Shown here: one piece after another, positions 61,223 through 64,000 of the stretch | Layout of the letters: each line of letters opens with the position of its first letter | Position numbering within the stretch: position 1 is the first letter of the stretch | NCBI GenBank assembly: GCA_016932215.1 | Contig: JAFGDH010000015.1 | Location: forward strand, 38,320-102,319 | Length of the DNA stretch: 64,000 nt | Origin: Candidatus Aenigmatarchaeota archaeon | GTDB lineage: Archaea > Aenigmatarchaeota > Aenigmatarchaeia > QMZP01 > QMZT01 | Direction: 5' to 3' | Notes under the pieces: generated by a model | Databases searched by the model: none | Told to the model about the DNA's origin: nothing | Seen by the model: only the letters and a program-made list of their open reading frames with translations | Made by a program: the position numbers and the translations under genes

Positions 61223-62072
61223 GGAAGAGGAGAACGTAACCAAGGACACAGCCAAGATAGAGGAAGCCTCGGCCAGCGACGTTGAAGATAAAAGGATAGT
61301 CATCAAAAAGTGGAAGGGAAAGGACTGGTTCAACATAATCGCCCCTGAAAACTTCGCAGGGATTTTCCTCGCGCAGACGCCCACGACCGACCCGAAGAAC
61401 ATAATGGGAAGGACAATAGAGGTTTCGGTATCAGAGATAACCGGAGACAGGCACAGGGACAACATGAAGATGAAGTTCGTTGTCGAAAGGATCGAGGGGA
61501 AAAATGCTCACACAAGGTTCAACGGATTCGAATCGGTAAGGGAACACGTAATGAGAATGGTAAGAAAGAGAAACAGAAAGGTCCAGATAATTTTTGATTC
61601 AGTCACCAAGGACGGGTGGCTTCTGAAGATAACAGCCCTTTCGATACTTAACGGAAAAACAACCACTGAAATACAGAAAAAATCGAGGAGGATGATGGTA
61701 GACATAATAAACGAAACAACAGGTTCTGTCACGCTTAACGATTTAATCAGGAAGATAATAAACACCCAGCTCCAGATGCAGATAAAGAAGACCGTAAGCA
61801 AGATTTATCCCGTCAGGTTCTTCGAGATAGAGAAGATAAAGGTTCTCAGGGCAGGCGAATCAAAGGTCACTAAAGAGAAAACCTTACCTAAAGAGGAAAA
61901 TAAGGAAGCCAGACCTGAAGAGAAAAAGGCAAAGAAAACAGAAGAGAAGCCAAAAATTTCAAAAGCAAAGTCATCATCCTCTGGTTCGGAAGCAAAGCCT
62001 GAAAAGAAGCCCGTAAAGAAGACGGAAAAAGCGAAAGAAAAGAAAGCCAAAACAAAGAAAGCAAAGAAATGA
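61188..62072 (+). CDS. rps3ae: 30S ribosomal protein S3Ae (S1e) with a ~80-aa Lys-rich C-terminal extension
   Basis: ...KKWKGKDWFNIIAPENFAG...IMGRTIEVSVSEITGD... The tail is KEEK/KKAK low complexity. The 5' end overlaps the RecJ-like gene by up to 35 nt. Confidence 0.88.
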   Translation: MKMGMKGKPRLKEEENVTKDTAKIEEASASDVEDKRIVIKKWKGKDWFNIIAPENFAGIFLAQTPTTDPKNIMGRTIEVSVSEITGDRHRDNMKMKFVVERIEGKNAHTRFNGFESVREHVMRMVRKRNRKVQIIFDSVTKDGWLLKITALSILNGKTTTEIQKKSRRMMVDIINETTGSVTLNDLIRKIINTQLQMQIKKTVSKIYPVRFFEIEKIKVLRAGESKVTKEKTLPKEENKEARPEEKKAKKTEEKPKISKAKSSSSGSEAKPEKKPVKKTEKAKEKKAKTKKAKK

Positions 62073-62099
62073 TTTATTCTATCAGTACAAACGAATATT

Positions 62100-62870
62100 A
62101 TGAGACTTGTTGCTCTCGTAGACAAACCAAGCGGATTAACCTCTTTCGAATGCGTTGAAAGACTCGCGAAGAAATTCAGGGTGAAGAAGGCCGGTCATAC
62201 GGGCACGCTCGACCCGAAAGTTACAGGCCTTATGATAATAGCCCTCGGCGAGGCCAGGAAGGCGATACCAGTCCTCATGGGAATGGACAAGGAATATGAG
62301 GGAAAGATGATTCTTCACAAATATGTTTCTAAGGATTCCCTGAAAACCGGAATGAAGAAATTCACCGGGGAGATTGTCCAGACGCCTCCTGTACGTTCCA
62401 GAGTGGCGAGAAAACCGAGAAAGAGAAGGGTATACTCCTTCGAATTTCTGAGAGAGAACAGCCGGGAAATCGAATTTCGTGTCAAATGCGAGGCAGGAAC
62501 CTACATAAGAAAATTAATACACGACCTCGGCGAAACCATCGGGACAGGCGCACACATGGCTGAGCTGAGAAGGATATCAGTGGGCCCTTTCGGGGTAAAG
62601 GAATCTCTCCCCATGGACAAGATCACGAGAAAGGACCTCATCCCGATCGAAAGCGTGCTGGAAAGGATTGTCCTCAAGAAGGCTGTGGTCAGCAGTGAAG
62701 CGGTCGAAAAGATAAGGAACGGCGTTCCGGTGGGAAAGGAAATGATCATAAAATCGGACGACTTCGGAAGAAACGAAACGTTCGGGATATACGACGAAGA
62801 GGGGAGCATAATAGCCCTCGGAAAGAAATCCGGCAGTAATATAAATGCCGACCGTGTTTTCAGTCAGTAG
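62100..62870 (+). CDS. cbf5: tRNA/rRNA pseudouridine synthase Cbf5/TruB family with PUA domain (short form)
   Basis: VDKPSGLTSFECVERL....KAGHTGTLDPKVTGLMIIALGEARK. The C-terminal PUA-like part reads VVSSEAVEKIRNGVPV. Confidence 0.88.
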   Translation: MRLVALVDKPSGLTSFECVERLAKKFRVKKAGHTGTLDPKVTGLMIIALGEARKAIPVLMGMDKEYEGKMILHKYVSKDSLKTGMKKFTGEIVQTPPVRSRVARKPRKRRVYSFEFLRENSREIEFRVKCEAGTYIRKLIHDLGETIGTGAHMAELRRISVGPFGVKESLPMDKITRKDLIPIESVLERIVLKKAVVSSEAVEKIRNGVPVGKEMIIKSDDFGRNETFGIYDEEGSIIALGKKSGSNINADRVFSQ

Positions 62871-63925
62871 GTGTTCTTTACGACCACCCACGTCTTGTCG
62901 TCCATTGTCTCTTTATGGCAGTAGCTCCTCATGACTTCATTCACTATTTTCCTGCCCATATTCTTTGTGCTGAGATGCCTGTAGTCCATCAGAGCCTCCT
63001 TGATTCTCTTGGTACCGAATTCCTCCTTGCCGTCCGAGGCTTCGTTTATCCCGTCAGTGAAAAGGAAAAGCCCGCTTCCCTCGTCAAGGGTCGCCTGAAG
63101 CTTCCTGTATCTCAAATCCGGAACCCATCCAAGGGCCATGTCGCTGTCCTTCAGTTCCTTTACACCCTTATCAGAGAAAATCATGGGATAATTGTGACCG
63201 GCATTGACGTAAACGAATTCACCCTTCTTACCGCTCCTTTTCAGATCACCGAATATCCCGGTTGCGAACTTTTGCTTCTTGAAATAGTGGTCATGAAGGT
63301 ATGCGTTGAGATCATTGACGAAAACATCTATTTCCTTGTTCTTGCCGGTGTTGAACGTCGCGTGTATCCCGGACGCTATGCTGGATGCGCTCAGGCCCTT
63401 GCCAGAAACGTCCGCTATTGCTATCCTTATCCTGTCGTCCTTCTGTATGAAATCATAATAATCACCACCGACCTCGTATCTCCACTTTATTCCCCCGTCG
63501 ATATCAAATCCTTCCATTTCAGGAACCCTTTCCGGAAGAATACCTTCCTGAACCATCCTCATCTCCTGCATGGACGCTTTCAGTCTCTCCCTGTATTTCT
63601 TGTCCTTTAGTCTGTGGAATTCTTCGTCCAGCGCCCCGGTTAGAAGCCATCCAACTCCCCTCAAAACCTCTCTCTGCCTCTTTTCCAGATCCGGATTCCT
63701 CTCGAGATCTACCGCGAGTATGTACTGACCCTTGTGGCCGATCGAGACCATCATGTAATGATCGCCGGTTCCGAGTTCCAGGTCAGCTTCGGTGTGATCG
63801 TTGTGGGTGTGCCTGACGATAAGCTCCGACTTTGTTTTTTGGATGTGTGGGTGATCTCCCGGCACTTTCATGCCCAGGCCGTTCCCGTCTTTGAGCCTTT
63901 TGACCAGGTAATAGTTGTTTCCCAT
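62864..63925 (-). CDS. PP2C/SpoIIE-family protein phosphatase with an uncharacterised N-terminal domain; the reading frame stays open to the window edge, so the N-terminus may be incomplete
   Basis: VGGDYYDF, IAIADVSGKGLSASSIAS, LFLFTDGINEA motifs. There is no in-frame stop between 63926 and 64000. Confidence 0.8.
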   Translation of the reverse strand: MGNNYYLVKRLKDGNGLGMKVPGDHPHIQKTKSELIVRHTHNDHTEADLELGTGDHYMMVSIGHKGQYILAVDLERNPDLEKRQREVLRGVGWLLTGALDEEFHRLKDKKYRERLKASMQEMRMVQEGILPERVPEMEGFDIDGGIKWRYEVGGDYYDFIQKDDRIRIAIADVSGKGLSASSIASGIHATFNTGKNKEIDVFVNDLNAYLHDHYFKKQKFATGIFGDLKRSGKKGEFVYVNAGHNYPMIFSDKGVKELKDSDMALGWVPDLRYRKLQATLDEGSGLFLFTDGINEASDGKEEFGTKRIKEALMDYRHLSTKNMGRKIVNEVMRSYCHKETMDDKTWVVVKNTY

Positions 63926-64000
63926 TCCTCTCTTCCAGCTTCTGGCGTCTTTGATTCCTATATCATCCCCGAAGTTATCACTGAGGAATCCTACCAGGTC

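Overview
This window is a compact archaeal chromosome segment. The assignment rests on archaeal-only genes (L37e, L39e, L31e, S8e, S19e, S3Ae, L30e, Sm protein, aEF-2, aIF6, Rpp29, Sec61-beta, diphthine synthase, Cbf5, RecJ/GAN). It opens inside a 23S rRNA gene that carries two large introns, each with a LAGLIDADG homing-endonuclease ORF, plus a short extra hairpin insertion in domain V. RNA genes I could support by eye are an RNase P RNA, a tRNA-Lys(CUU) with two introns and a tRNA-Pro(CGG) with a D-loop insertion. Most of the coding content is translation machinery. It sits in rearranged ribosomal-protein clusters: L18e-L13-S9-S10; S19e-PDCD5-L39e-L31e-aIF6; L4-L23-L2-S19-L22-S3-L29-SUI1-Rpp29; and S17-L14-L24-S4e-L5-S14-S8 joined directly to L30e-NusA-S12-S7-EF2. 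A cell-envelope block at about 22.1-34.5 kb holds a GtrA-Dol-P-sugar synthase fusion, three GT-C membrane glycosyltransferases, a processive GT2 synthase, an S-layer protein and an A24 prepilin-type peptidase. Features worth a second look:
- A three-member PQQ-like beta-propeller family with conserved N- and C-terminal peptides.
- A family of 7-8 bp hairpins with compensatory stem changes in intergenic DNA.
- A 590-nt gene-free structured region.
- Non-consensus bases in normally invariant 23S domain V stretches.
- An AT-rich island encoding a free-standing LAGLIDADG plus double wHTH protein.
- A MetRS with an inserted B3/B4-like domain, coupled to a DEDD exonuclease.
- Lys/Glu/Pro-rich extensions on several ribosomal proteins.
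The small overlapping genes, non-canonical tRNA introns and lack of biosynthetic genes suggest a reduced-genome (DPANN-like) archaeon, but this is inference. All calls come from reading the sequence and ORF translations. No searches were run.
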